Assembly (NCBI GenBank): GCA_964016885.1
Contig: CAXHJY010000723.1
Span: 1-42,042 of the forward strand
Reading direction: 5' to 3'
Source: Eledone cirrhosa
Taxonomy: Eukaryota
Length of the DNA: 42,042 nucleotides
In this document: piece by piece, positions 11,028 through 22,929 of the stretch
Layout: each line of letters begins with the position of its first letter
How positions within the stretch are numbered: position 1 is the first letter of the stretch
The notes under the pieces: model-generated
Database searches by the model: none
The model's input: the letters and a program-made list of their open reading frames with translations, nothing else
Told to the model about the DNA's origin: nothing
Made by a program: the position numbers and the translations under genes

Positions 11028-11385
11028 ATCGTCTAGATTCCTGAAACTTTTGGTAATGGAATAATTACATTGTGTTGTTTATTATATAATTAACTAGCTC
11101 TGTTCTATACATAGAGCACTCTTCTTTCCTTTACCTTTTCTACGGAAATATTTAACACACATATTTATTTATATATATTCTATGTGTTAGGTAATTCCGA
11201 AGAAAACGCAAAGGAAAAAAGTGTGCTCTATGTATAGAACAGAGCTATTTAATTAGAAAGTGACCAGCACAATATATAACTACTACCAAAGGTTCGATCT
11301 CTGTCTGATGAATGATCTTGACGTATATTGATATTGTCTAGGGTCCTGAAACCTTTGGTAATGGAGTAGTTATATATTGTTAAAT
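11028..11385. mobile_element. Two PLE-like ends of family P2 lying tail-to-tail; the second is itself a fold-back
   Basis: Plus-strand 3' end at ~11028-11150, inverted copy at ~11193-11294, then a plus-strand HHR copy at 11299-11385. Same family as 21840-21995. Confidence 0.7.
11299..11366 (+). ncRNA. Type I hammerhead ribozyme motif (P2)
   Basis: ctctgt-CTGATGA(11305)-..gatcttgac..gtctagggtc..-GAAAC(11348)-c-ttt-g-GTA-atggag. Confidence 0.7.
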
Positions 11386-11486
11386 ATATAAATTCTATTC
11401 GTATATATACAATATATACACATAAGACAAATAAAATCTTATAACTCTCCCCAAACCCTTGGTTGTATTATTATTTATGAATATAT

Positions 11487-11872
11487 GTGGATTGGCAGTA
11501 TCGGTAGAGGGTCGGACGCTATGCTTTGACGCATAGAGTTACGGCCCTTGCCATTCTGAGTTCAAATCCCGCCGAGGTTAACTTTACCTTTCATCCTTAC
11601 GGGGTCGATAAAATAAAGTACCAGTAATGCACTGGGTAATTGCTGGCCTTGTGCCTAAAGTAGAAACAATTATTATTTATGAATATATGTGGATTGGAAG
11701 TATCGGTAGAGGGTCGGACGCCATGCTTTGACGCATAGAGTTACGGCCCTTGCCATTCTGAGTTCAAATCCCGCCGAGGTTAACTTTGCCTTTCATCCTT
11801 ACGGGGTCGATAAAATAAAGTACCAGTAATGCACTGGGTAATTGCTGGCCTTGTGCCAAAAGTAGAAACAAT
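11487..11872 (+). mobile_element. Head-to-tail dimer of SINE family A
   Basis: Two near-identical copies with a 202-bp period. ttatttatgaatatat is present before, between and after them. Confidence 0.92.
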
Positions 11873-11942
11873 TATTTATGAATATATATGTGTACGTGTG
11901 TATTTGCGTGTAGTGTGTGTATGTGTATGTATTTGTGTGTAG

Positions 11943-12036
<94 letters not shown>

Positions 12037-12926
12037 TATAGATATACATATATATATATATGTGTGTATGTGTGTGGGTATGTGTGTGTTGGTGTGGGTG
12101 TGGGTGTGTGTGACAACACTTGGTTTACTAAATATACTTCCATTCCCTCGAGCAATCTTAATCTTACATGTGGTCTAACATTTCTTAGTGGTGGTGGTGG
12201 TGGTGGTGGTGTCGATGGTGGTAGTGTTGGTGGTGGTGGTGGTGGTGATAGTTAAGGTCTTTAGTGTTGGTGGTGGTGGTGGTGGTGTCGATGGTGGTAG
12301 TGTTGGTGGTGGTGGTGGTGGTGGTGGTGGTGGTGGTGATAGTTAAGGTCTTTAGTGTTGGTGGTGGTGGTGGTGGTGGTGTCGATGGTGGTAGTGTTGG
12401 TGGTGGTAGTGGTGGTGGTGGTGGTGGTGGTGATTTTGGGACTTGTGGTGTGGTGTTCTATGAAAGAGATCTTAGTGGTGATGGTGGTGGGATTCTGGTG
12501 TTAAATGGGTTTGGTTTGGTCTGGAGGTCGTGGAGGTATTGATTACGTTCTGATGGTGGTGGTGGTGGTAGTGGTGAGGCTAATATTGGTTATCCTGCTG
12601 GTGGTGGTGGTGGAGGTATGGGTTATTGTGCTAGTGGTGGTGATGGTGCTGATATTGGTTATCATCCTGGTGGTGGTGGCGGTATGGATTGTTGTGTTGA
12701 TGGTGGTGGTGGTGGTGTTGTTTTTGTTGTTGTTGTTGTTGATGATGGCGGTATGGGTTGTTGTGTTAGTGGTGGTGTTGGTGGTGTTAGTGGTTGTTGT
12801 GGTGGTGGTGTCATCGGCTGTTGTGCAGGTGGAGGTGGTGGTGGTGGTGGTGGCGGTGAGGATAATGGTGGTGGTGATGAGGGTGGTGGTGGTGATGACG
12901 ATGACGATGATGGCGGCGTTGCTGCG

Positions 12927-13204
12927 GTGACAATTAATATCTTTACAACCAATCAACTAACTTATGCACAACATAGATACAACATTTGCTGAATGATGGC
13001 GGCATATATAAATTATTGAGAAAAACCACCAACAACAAACAACAACAAAAACAAAAATTAAACAGGGCTCTTTCTGTTTTTTCACGATGTCTGCAATGTC
13101 GTCCCTTCCTGCTCAGTAACTGCCTTAAAGATGATGTAACTGACATAAATATTGACCAATCAACGACTGGGAAATTTCCGAAGGAACACACAGTAATGGA
13201 GATA
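12927..13204. repeat. Local duplication, copy 2 (partner at 8074-8363)
   Basis: Direct repeat of 8074-8363. Confidence 0.9.
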
Positions 13205-14146
13205 AATTGAGAGAGGAAAGGAGAGTGAGGGGATTAAGGGAGAGAATGCATATGTGAATGTATGTGTTTGTTTGAGAAGCTAAGAAAGAGTAAAGGAGAG
13301 AGAGAGAGAGAGAGAGTTAGAGAGAGAGAATAAGGGAGAGAATGTATGTGTGTGTCAGTGAGTATGTGGTTGTGTTTGGGGAGCTACGAAAGAGAGAGAG
13401 AGAGAGAAGAGTAAGGGTGGTTACATATGTGTGAGTACGTGTGTGTTTGGAGAGCTAAGAAATACAGAAGATTAGAGAGAGATACATAGAGAGAGAGAGA
13501 GAAAGATATAAAGATATATATGTTTGTATGTGTTTGAAGAGTGCTAAAGAGAGAGAGAGAGAGCAGTGGAAAAAGAGAGAATGTGTGAATGGGTATGTTT
13601 GGGGAGCTAAGAGAGCGGGAGAAGGGAGAAAGAGAGTATTGAAAATAGTGAATCGAAAGGAGGTGGTCATAGAGAGTGTGTGTAAGTTTGCTGGGTTAAG
13701 AAATCAGTGAGAGAGGGGGGGGGGGGGTCGGAGAGAGAAAGCGAGCGAAAATGATAAGATGTATGTGTGAGTGAGTTTGTAAGAAAGGAGTTAAAAAAGA
13801 GAGTAAGAAAGAGAGTAAGAAACAAGGAAAATGTATGTGTGATAATGTGTGTACGTATGTGTGTGTGTGTGTTTGTGTGTACATGTGTGTGAATTTTGAA
13901 AGTTAAGAATGAGATAGAGAGAGACAGAGTAAAAGAGACATTGCAAAGGATTGAGGGGGGAAAGAAAAAGGGTGTGGAGAAAGGTAAATATTGAAATTAT
14001 AGGATTAAGAAAGGGAAAAAGAGAGAGAGAAAAAAGGAGTAAGAGAGAGAGAGAGAGAGAGATGAGGTACAGAGAGAAAATATTAGAGAGAGAAAGGGAA
14101 AAAAGAAAGAATATAAGAGAAAAGTTAAAGAGAAAGTGAGTGAAAA

Positions 14147-14198
<52 letters not shown>

Positions 14199-14499
14199 AG
14201 AATGTTTGAGAAAGAGACAAAGAGATAGAGAAAAGGAGAGAAAATGTAAGAGAGAAACATAAGAAAAAGTAAGAGGGAGAGAGTGAGAAAGAGAGAAAAA
14301 TGTAAGAGAAAGAGAGAGAGAGTTAAAATGTAAGAAAAAGAGAGAAAAAGAAAGGAGGTAAGAAATTAAAACAGAGGAGGGGGGGGCAGTTGAGAGGGTT
14401 TCCAAAGGTTTTGAGTTAATCTGGGATACTTGATCCTACGTTTTTATTAAGTGGTGTCAGGCTGGCCACTAGGGTGGCTGGGCTGTATTATATTGTATT

Positions 14500-15800
14500 G
14501 TCAGTGGTAGTGGTGTAGTGGTTGGTGGTGGTGGTGGGTGATGGTGGTGGTGGTGGGGGTGGTGGTGTGGTGTAGTGGTGGTGCGTTAGTGGTGGTGATG
14601 GGGGGTAGTGGGTGTGGTGGTGGCGGATGTAGTGGTGGTGGTGGTGGTAGTGGTGTAGTGGGTGGTGGTGGTGTGGTGTAGTGGTGGGGTGGCGTAGTGG
14701 TGGTGATGGGGGGGTTGTGGTGTAGTGGTGGTGGCGGTTGTAGTGGTGGTGGGTGGTGTGGTGTAGTGGTGTGGTGGTGGGTGGTGGTGGTGGGGGTGGT
14801 GGTGGTGTGGTGTAGTGGTGGTGGCGTAGTGGTGGTGATGGGGGGGTGGTAGTGGTATAGTGGTGGTGGCGGTTGTAGTGGTGGTGGTGGTGGGTAGTGG
14901 TGTAGTGGTGGGTGGTGGTGGTGTGGTGTAGTGGTGGTGGCGTAGTGGTGGGATGGGGGTGGTAGTGGTGTAGTGGTGGTGGCGTAGTGGTGGTGATGGG
15001 GGTGGTAGTGGTGTAGTGGTGGTGGGGTTGTAGTGGTGGTGGTGGGGTGTGGTGTAGTTGGTGGTGGTGGTGGTGGTGGTGTGCTGTAGTGGTGATGGCG
15101 TAGTGGTGGTGATGGGAGGGGGGGGGGTATTGGTGGAGGTGTGGTGGTGGTGGTGGTAGCGATGGTGTGGTGATGGTGGGTGGTAGCGATGATGTGGTGA
15201 TGGTGATGGTGGTCTGTGGGGTGGGGGGATGGGGTGGTAGTGTGGTGGTGGTGGTGGTGGCGGTAGCGATGGTGTGGTGAGGTGGTGGTGGTATGGAGGC
15301 GGTGGTATGGTGTTGGTGGTGGGGGTGGTCGTAGTCGTCGTGATGGTGGGTTTGGATGTGGAGGTGGTGGTGGTGGTGGTAGCGTGGTGTGGTGGGGTGG
15401 TGGTAGCGATGGTGTGGTGGTGGTAGTGGTGTGGTAGTAGTGGTGGTGTGATTAGTGATGCCAGGCTGGTTTATGGTTCGTCTCTATTATATTCATGGTG
15501 TCAGTGGTGATGGTTGTGTAGTGGTGGTGGTGGTGGTGGGTGGTGGTATTGGTGGTGGTGGTGGTGATGGTGGTGGTGTGGTGTGTTGGTGGTGTGATGT
15601 AGTAATGGTGGTAGTTGTGTCAAGCTGGCCTGTTAAGATGGTTGTTCGCTATTATGTTGTGTTTGTGAGTGGTGTGGTGGTGGTGATGGTGGTGTGGTGG
15701 TGGTGGTGGCGGTGGGGTGGTGGTGGTGGTGGCGGTGGTGGTGGTGGCGGTGGTGGTGGTGTGGTGGTGGTGGTGTGGTGGTGGTGGTGGTGGTATTGTT
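14500..15800. repeat. Degenerate (GGT)n low-complexity tract
   Basis: GGT/GTA-based simple repeat. Confidence 0.95.
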
Positions 15801-16454
15801 AATGTTGGTGAAACTTAATTCCTTAGGGTTTTATCCAATGACTATATATATATATATATGTATGTGTATGTATATAGGAGTATATATATATACACATTAT
15901 ATATATACACATATATATATATACATATGGCAGCATGACCCCTCCCAAAGTATAATACATATATATATATACATATGTATATATTATATATATATGTATG
16001 TGTGTGTGTGTGTGTCATGTGTATATGTTATATAATTGTGTGTGTGTGTGTGGTGTTAGTATATATATTATATATATGTGTGTGTGTGTGTGTGAGTGTG
16101 TATATATATATGTGTCTGTGTGTGTATGTGTGTATATATATATGTATACACATATACATTGTGAGTGTGTATGTTGTGAATATATATGTGTGTGTGAGTG
16201 TGTATATATATATATATATATATAACACTCACACACATACACTATACACTCACAACACACATATATATAATATATATAGTAAATTAACAGTAAAAAATAA
16301 CAATAAAAAATAACTGTTATTTTTTTATGTTCACTTTTTGTTTCTTTCATTTTCTGTTATTTTACAACTGTTTGTTTTATATATTTCTGTATATTTAGTA
16401 GACATGATACTAAAGCTAAATTCTTTTAATTATGCTGTCTGATATTGATTGTTT

Positions 16455-17640
16455 GGAGGTGGTGTGTGGTGGTGGTGGTGGTGTGGTGTGGTGGTGTGGT
16501 GGTGGTGCAGTGTGTGGTGATGGTGATGGTGCGATGGTGGTGGTGGTGCAGTGGTGGTGGTGGTGGTGGTTGTGGTGGTGAGTGGTGTGGTGGTGGTGGT
16601 GGTGGTGGTGGTGGTGGTGGTGGTGTGGTGGTGGTGGTGCAGTGGTGGTGATGGTGCGATGGTGGTAGTGGTGCGAGTGGTGGTGGTGTGGTGGTGGTGG
16701 TGGTGGTGGTGGTGGTGGTGCAGTGGTGGTGGTGGTGGTAGGTGGTGGGTGGTGGTGTGTGGTGGTGTGGTGGTGGTGTGGTGGGTGGTGCAGTGGTGGT
16801 GATGGTGATGGTGCGGTGGTGGTGGTGTGCAGTGGTGGTGGTGGTGGTGGTGGTGGTGGTGGTGGTGGTGCAGTGGTGGTGGTTGGTGGTGGTGGTGGTG
16901 GTGGCTGGTGGTGGTGGTGGTGAGTGGTGGTGTTGGTGGTGGTGGTGGTGGTGGAGGTGATGGTGGTGGTGTGGTAGTGCAGTGGTGGTGGTGGGTGGTG
17001 GTGGTGTTGGTTGGTAGTGGTGGTGGTGGTGGTGGTGGTGGTGCAGTGGTGGTGATGGTGATGGTGCGATGGGTGGGTGGTGGTGCAGTGGTGGTGGTGG
17101 TGGTGGTGGGTGTGGTGGTAGTGGTGGTGGGTGGTGTGGTGGTGGTGGTAGTGCAGTGGTGGCGGTGGTGGTGGTGGTGGTGCAGTGGTGGTGGTGGTGG
17201 TGGTGGTGGTGCAGTGGTGGTGATGGTGATGGTGCGATGGTGGTGGTGGTGCAGTGGTGGTGGTGGTGGTGGTGGTGGTTGTTGTTGTCTGGTGATGCAG
17301 TGGTGGTGGTGGTGGTGATGTTGGTGGTGGTGTTGGCGGTGGTGATGTTGGTGGTGGTGTTGGCGGTGGTGGTGGTGGTGGTGGTGGTGTTATTCGTGGT
17401 GTTTGATGGTTTGTTGCTGTTGGTGGTGGTGTTGGTGTTATTGTTGTAGTGGTGGTGGTGGTGTTGGTGTTATTGTTGGTGGTGGTGTGGTTGTGGTGGT
17501 GTGGCGGTGCGTGGTGTTGGCGGTGGTGTTAATGTTCTTATTGGTGTTGTTATTGTTGGTGGTGGTGGTGGTGTAGGTGGAGGCATTGGCTGTGTTGTTG
17601 TGGTGGTTGTGTTGTTATTGTTTGTGCTTGTGTTGTTGTT
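16455..17640. repeat. Degenerate (GGT)n/(GTT)n low-complexity tract
   Basis: GGT repeat with recurring gcagtg interruptions. Confidence 0.95.
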
Positions 17641-17718
17641 GATGATGATGATATTGGTGTTGATGTTGTTATTTCTGCTTATTGTGTGCGTGTGTGTGTC
17701 TATTTATACATACATACA

Positions 17719-17749
<31 letters not shown>

Positions 17750-17900
17750 GGACCGGGCGATGCGTTATGTCCTTGAGCAAGACACTTTATTTCACGTTGC
17801 TCCTTCTACCTGGAGTTGCGACCGATAGATAGTACTAGCAACTGGAAAGACCAACGGAAACATTGTTTCCTCGGTCCGATTTGACGAAAGTCGATCGCTC
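17750..17900 (+). mobile_element. 5'-truncated CORE-like SINE family B
   Basis: Matches the reverse complement of 5897-6045. Confidence 0.85.
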
Positions 17901-17911
17901 CCAAAAAAAAA

Positions 17912-17942
<31 letters not shown>

Positions 17943-17943
17943 C

Positions 17944-18029
<86 letters not shown>

Positions 18030-18071
18030 ATATATATACGTATATATATGTATATATGTATATATATGTGT

Positions 18072-18116
<45 letters not shown>

Positions 18117-18124
<8 letters not shown>

Positions 18125-18432
18125 AGTATATATTACACAAAGAGAAGTGTGTTACACAGTGAGATGTGTGTAAAGAATTATTACGACTGGTTTTACCGTT
18201 AATGTATAGGGAACAACATCTATTGGTTAGCAATTAAATAGAAAAAAACCAATTTATAGTTTTTTTTAAAACTCTAATCCAGAGATTTGATTCTTAATTG
18301 GTTTTTTTCTATTTAATTGCTAACCAATAGATGTTGTTCCCTATACATTAACGGTAAAACCAGTCGTAATAATTCTTTACACACATCTCACTATGTAACA
18401 CACTTCTCTTTGTGTAATATATACTTGCATAT
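18117..18432. repeat. Long palindrome in (TA)n, arms ~137 bp
   Basis: Arms at 18117-18254 and 18296-18432 with one visible mismatch. No intact HHR core. Confidence 0.9.
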
Positions 18433-18521
18433 GAGCTCAGAAGGAAATTCTCGATCCTTCCTTGAGCTAATTCTATTATTATTATTACAGTGTACTGCGG
18501 AATACTCTTAATTCCGATCTT

Positions 18522-18552
<31 letters not shown>

Positions 18553-18579
18553 GGAGCTGCGGCATTGCAAATGGGTTAC

Positions 18580-18888
18580 ATATGAAAAAGTTTGTCCTTC
18601 ATCAGTGGTCTTCCAACCGTCCTAGGCATTTCATCGCTTTAAAGACCATATACCTCAGGTTGGTGCGAGCAACGGCTAAAAAAAGTCGTTGGGACACGTA
18701 AATAAAGGGGACGTTAGGGTAAACAAACAAAACCATTTTGTTTGTTTACCCTAGCGTCCCCTTTATTTACGTGTCCCAACGACTTTTTTTAGCCGTTGCT
18801 CGCACCAACCTGAGGTATATGGTCTTTAAAGCGATGAAATGCCTAGGACGGTTGGAAGACCACTGATGAAGGACAAACTTTTTCATAT
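18580..18888. repeat. Long palindrome, 153-bp arms and 3-nt loop, with a partial HHR-like motif
   Basis: Arms at 18580-18732 and 18736-18888 with one visible mismatch. Each arm contains aagacca-CTGATGA-aggac. Confidence 0.9.
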
Positions 18889-19363
18889 ATATATATATAT
18901 ATAGTTTTGCGAGGTTTTTGATATGAAATCGCGTGTCGAAACAAATATTGTTATATTTGGGGAGGGTCATATTTGTGTAATATTGCCAGAATTAATAACA
19001 TAACACACTCACTGTTTGGTTGGTTTTCGCTTCTGTGTCTTTTATATCGGTTAATTTAATTTATTCGGTCCTCAATGTTGCCATTGACTGACCAACGGTC
19101 AAAAATACAGATACAATATAGACACAAACACATACATATAGTTTATCAAAGTTCTTTCGTTGCACATCTGCAACATCGTCAGTGGTGCTATTGTTTCCTC
19201 CCGTTGCATTGTATTTTCTACGCCATCATTATTTAGTCTGTTTATATGTTTATTTATTTGTTTATTTTTCTTTTTATCTTCTTTGCGCATGCGTTTGCGT
19301 GTGTGTATAGTGTTTTGTTTGATGTGTGTTCGTGATTGGGTGACTGTGTATTGGTTAATGTAT

Positions 19364-19582
19364 TCAGTACTATACGAACATGCCAGACAACACGACGGTA
19401 ACATAGACAACATAGAAATTAGAATAATATCTAAACATAGAAATGACCCAGCAGATAGGCAAATCAGAGAGGCCAGTGAAATCAGAGTGTCCAGTGAACT
19501 TAGAAGGCCAAGGCTAAACAGAAAAAATGAAAGGAATAACAACAACACCCAAACAAACAACACTGACCTAAGAGAAGTATAA
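19364..19582 (+). pseudogene. C-terminal fragment of a PLE GIY-YIG endonuclease
   Basis: SVLYEHARQHDGNIDNIEIRIISKHRNDPADRQIREASEIR...PRLNRKNE fits the PLE pattern S.L..H...H...I...R.I.EA..I...P.LN, including the catalytic Glu and Asn positions. Confidence 0.8.
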
Positions 19583-19837
19583 ATAAATAAATAGATAAAT
19601 AAATAAATAAATACATACACAAGCACAATAACAACAAACACATATATATACACACACTAGTAAAGATAGAATACATTAACCAATACACAGTCACTCAATC
19701 ACGAACAAACATCAAACAAAACACTATACACACACGCAAACGCATGCGCAAAGAAGACAAAAAAAAAATAAATAAACATATAAACAGACTAAATAAAGTT
19801 GGCGTAGAAAATACACTGCAACGGGAGGAAACAATAG

Positions 19838-19881
19838 CACCACTGACGATGTTGCAGATGTGCAACGAAAGAACTTTGATA
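19838..19881 (+). ncRNA. Minimal hammerhead motif in the pLTR (mirror copy at ~19144-19187, minus strand)
   Basis: CTGACGA(19843)-t-gttgca-gatg-tgcaac-GAAA(19867)-gaac-TT-tg. Stem II is perfect, stem I is weak. Confidence 0.6.
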
Positions 19882-20175
19882 AACTATATATATGTGTTTG
19901 TGTCTATATTGTATCTGTATTTTTGACCGTTGGTCAGTCAATGACAACATTGTGGCCCGAATAAATTAAATTAACCGATATAAAAGACACAGAAGCGAAA
20001 ACCAACCAAACAGTGAGTGTGTTATGTTATTAATTCTGGCAATATTACACAAATATGACCCTCCCCAAGTATAACAATATATATTTATAAATTTATAAGA
20101 ATTTATAAAAAAAATTGATAAAAAATGATAACAATTTTTAAATTAAATATAACCTCTGCATATATATATATATAC

Positions 20176-20331
20176 GTTATTCCGGGTTGAATCGGAGGTA
20201 ACCACAGTAAGGAAGGTACTCAATACAGTGCAGAGTATAAAAGTTTTAATATACATGAGATTCTACAGGACTAGAACTGTTTCCTGATGATTTCTAAAGA
20301 ATGAAACAGTTCTAGTCCTGTAGAATCTCAT
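20176..20331. mobile_element. Short fold-back PLE-like end whose loop is the HHR core
   Basis: Perfect 29-bp arms at 20255-20283 and 20303-20331. The loop is CTGATGAtttctaaagaat. The right arm begins GAAAC-agttcta-GTC. Confidence 0.75.
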
Positions 20332-20354
20332 CTATATATATATAGATATATATC

Positions 20355-20536
20355 TTCCGTCTGGGAAGAGATATATTCGATATGTCTCATATGAAATAAT
20401 ACAGCCAATTTTCCACGCAATACTTTTAGTTAGCACCCCGAACGCATAATTAGGAATATAATCACTTATCTCCTAATGTTTGTTGAGTGAGTTGAAGTTT
20501 GGCCGGAGTATCGCTAAAAAGCTTTCTCCGATATTG

Positions 20537-20540
<4 letters not shown>
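20355..20540 (+). mobile_element. TA-flanked dispersed repeat, probable PLE 3' end (second copy at 38742-38910, inverted)
   Basis: Clear similarity to the reverse complement of 38742-38910. Carries a tcactta/tgagtga hairpin and a terminal cggag/ctccg hairpin. Confidence 0.65.
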
Positions 20541-20607
<67 letters not shown>

Positions 20608-20840
20608 ATATATATATATATGTATATACATACATATATACATATACATATATATATATATACATACATATATATAAATATATATATATACACATATATA
20701 TATATGTATGTATATATGTATATATATATAAATATATATAAATATGTATATTTATATATATATATATATATATATAAATATATATATATATATGCAGAGG
20801 TTATATATGTATGTATATATATATATATATATATATGTAT

Positions 20841-20937
<97 letters not shown>

Positions 20938-21329
20938 TATATATATACATATATATATATGTGTGTGTGTGTGTGTGTATGTATATATATATGTGTGTGT
21001 GTGTTTGTGTAGAATAATATTCCATAAAATCTAAATACCTACAAACCTCATTTACTAAAATGTTATATAATAAGTTATAATACAAAGAAGAAAAAAAAAC
21101 GAAAACATAATGACACATTTTGAAAAACCTCACAACAATAACAACACGATTAAGACAAAGTCGAGCAGACGACCAAAAATTAATTATGTATGCACCTGAC
21201 GTACAACGAACGAGGTCACAACTCATTCATGTTTTGTTGTTTTGAAATTGGAAGGACAGACGATAATGTGTTTCCTCATATTACTATATATCTCTATAGT
21301 GTTTTTATGTGAACGTGTGTGTATATATG

Positions 21330-21443
<114 letters not shown>

Positions 21444-21538
21444 TATATATATATATGTATATATACATGTGTGTAGGTGTATATTATTATATGACTATAT
21501 GTGTGTATATATATATATGTACAAATATATATGTACGT

Positions 21539-21598
<60 letters not shown>

Positions 21599-21687
21599 TA
21601 TCCAAGGAAAATTCAACTGATAAGATGTCTTTCCTTGGCTATGTCAAAATTTATAAATCACACTTTGTATTTATAAAACACACTTTG

Positions 21688-21749
21688 TATTTTATCTGAT
21701 GAAAGCGTACCAAAGTTTTTGGTACCCTTGAAATATATATAATAGAATA
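21688..21749 (+). ncRNA. Type I hammerhead ribozyme motif (P1b)
   Basis: Identical to 9751-9812. CTGATGA at 21696, GAAA at 21730. Island spans 21597-21772 between (TA)n tracts. Confidence 0.8.
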
Positions 21750-21768
21750 AATATAGTTTTATAAATAT

Positions 21769-21839
<71 letters not shown>

Positions 21840-21843
<4 letters not shown>

Positions 21844-21900
21844 TTCTGACGACTGAAAACAGATATAACATCTGCCTTCAAGAAACCACTGGTAAATGAA
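21840..21900 (+). ncRNA. Type I hammerhead ribozyme motif (P2)
   Basis: ttcatt-CTGACGA(21846)-c-tgaa-aa-cagat-ataac-atctg-cc-ttca-a-GAAAC(21882)-c-act-g-GTA-aatgaa. Confidence 0.8.
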
Positions 21901-21991
21901 ATAATTATCTTATGTTGTTTATTACATAACTAATAAGCTCTGTAGCCTACATAGAGCACTCTTTTTTCCTGTACTTTTCCCACGGAAATAC

Positions 21992-22049
<58 letters not shown>

Positions 22050-22176
22050 AAAGATCTATTTAAATTGTTGGGATACAACAAGCAAATATTATTATAACTG
22101 ATATAAAGCACTCGACAAATATTTGGAGTAGATATACGATATTAATAAATGGAAACTATATTTATAAAACCATATT

Positions 22177-22241
22177 TATTTCATTATATATATTTCAAGG
22201 ATACCAAGTTAAATCATGGTATGCCTTCATCAGACAAAATA
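22177..22241 (-). ncRNA. Type I hammerhead ribozyme motif (P1c)
   Basis: tattttgt-CTGATGA-aggc-atacca..tggtat-cctt-GAAA-tatata-TA-atgaaata. Confidence 0.72.
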
Positions 22242-22365
22242 CAATATATAACAGTTTTACAAATAGATATTGACGTACCCTTTCAAAAAGGTGACCGTTG
22301 TTTTTGGAGGCCATCCTTTTTGAAAGGGTACGTCAATATCTATTTGTAAAACCTGTTATATATTG

Positions 22366-22430
22366 TATTTTGTCTGATGAAGGTATACCATGATTTAACT
22401 TGGTATCCTTGAAATATGTATAATGAAATA
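22366..22430 (+). ncRNA. Type I hammerhead ribozyme motif (P1c)
   Basis: CTGATGA at 22374, stem II atacca/tggtat, GAAA at 22411, tatgta-TA, stem I tattttgt/atgaaata. Confidence 0.72.
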
Positions 22431-22466
22431 AATATGGTTTTATAAATATAGTTTCCATTTATTAAT

Positions 22467-22527
<61 letters not shown>

Positions 22528-22929
22528 TATATACACATATATATATATATATTGGTAAGAAGTAAGACCATTATTGAACTTAGCAATCGATACTTTAATG
22601 AAAGTAAAATGCTGGGTCTTCATTTCATGTAAACTCGATGGTCAAGCATACATGTTTGTCTGTATGTCTATGTATGTGAGTGTGTGTTTGTGTGTGTATA
22701 TGTGTATGTGTGTGTGTATGTGTGTATGTGTGTGTATGTGTGTATGCGTGTGTGTGCGTATGTGTATGTGTGTATGTATGTGTGTATGTGTGTATGTGTG
22801 TGTGTGAAAGAGAGAGAGAGAAGTTCATCAATCTGCGAGAAATAGCAACAAAATCTCCCTCAATTCCACTTATTTACTATGACAAGGAAACCTTTATTCC
22901 AGAGAAAAATGGTGAAGGAGAGAGTGAAA

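Larger units (their letters stand above)
18945..20080 (+). mobile_element. 5'-truncated Penelope-like retroelement with inverted pLTRs
   Basis: Inverted arms at 18945-19365 and 19669-20080 enclose a GIY-YIG C-terminal coding fragment. Each arm has an HHR motif. Confidence 0.85.
22047..22473. mobile_element. PLE-like fold-back element, family P1, with two HHRs
   Basis: Inverted arms at ~22136-22291 and 22315-22473. The left arm extends to 22047. Homologous to 8831-9258 in the opposite orientation. Confidence 0.85.

Noticed and set aside
14500-17640. Telomere-like or functional G-rich tract
   Set aside because: It is (GGT)n-based rather than TTAGGG, and is ordinary low-complexity sequence in this genome type.
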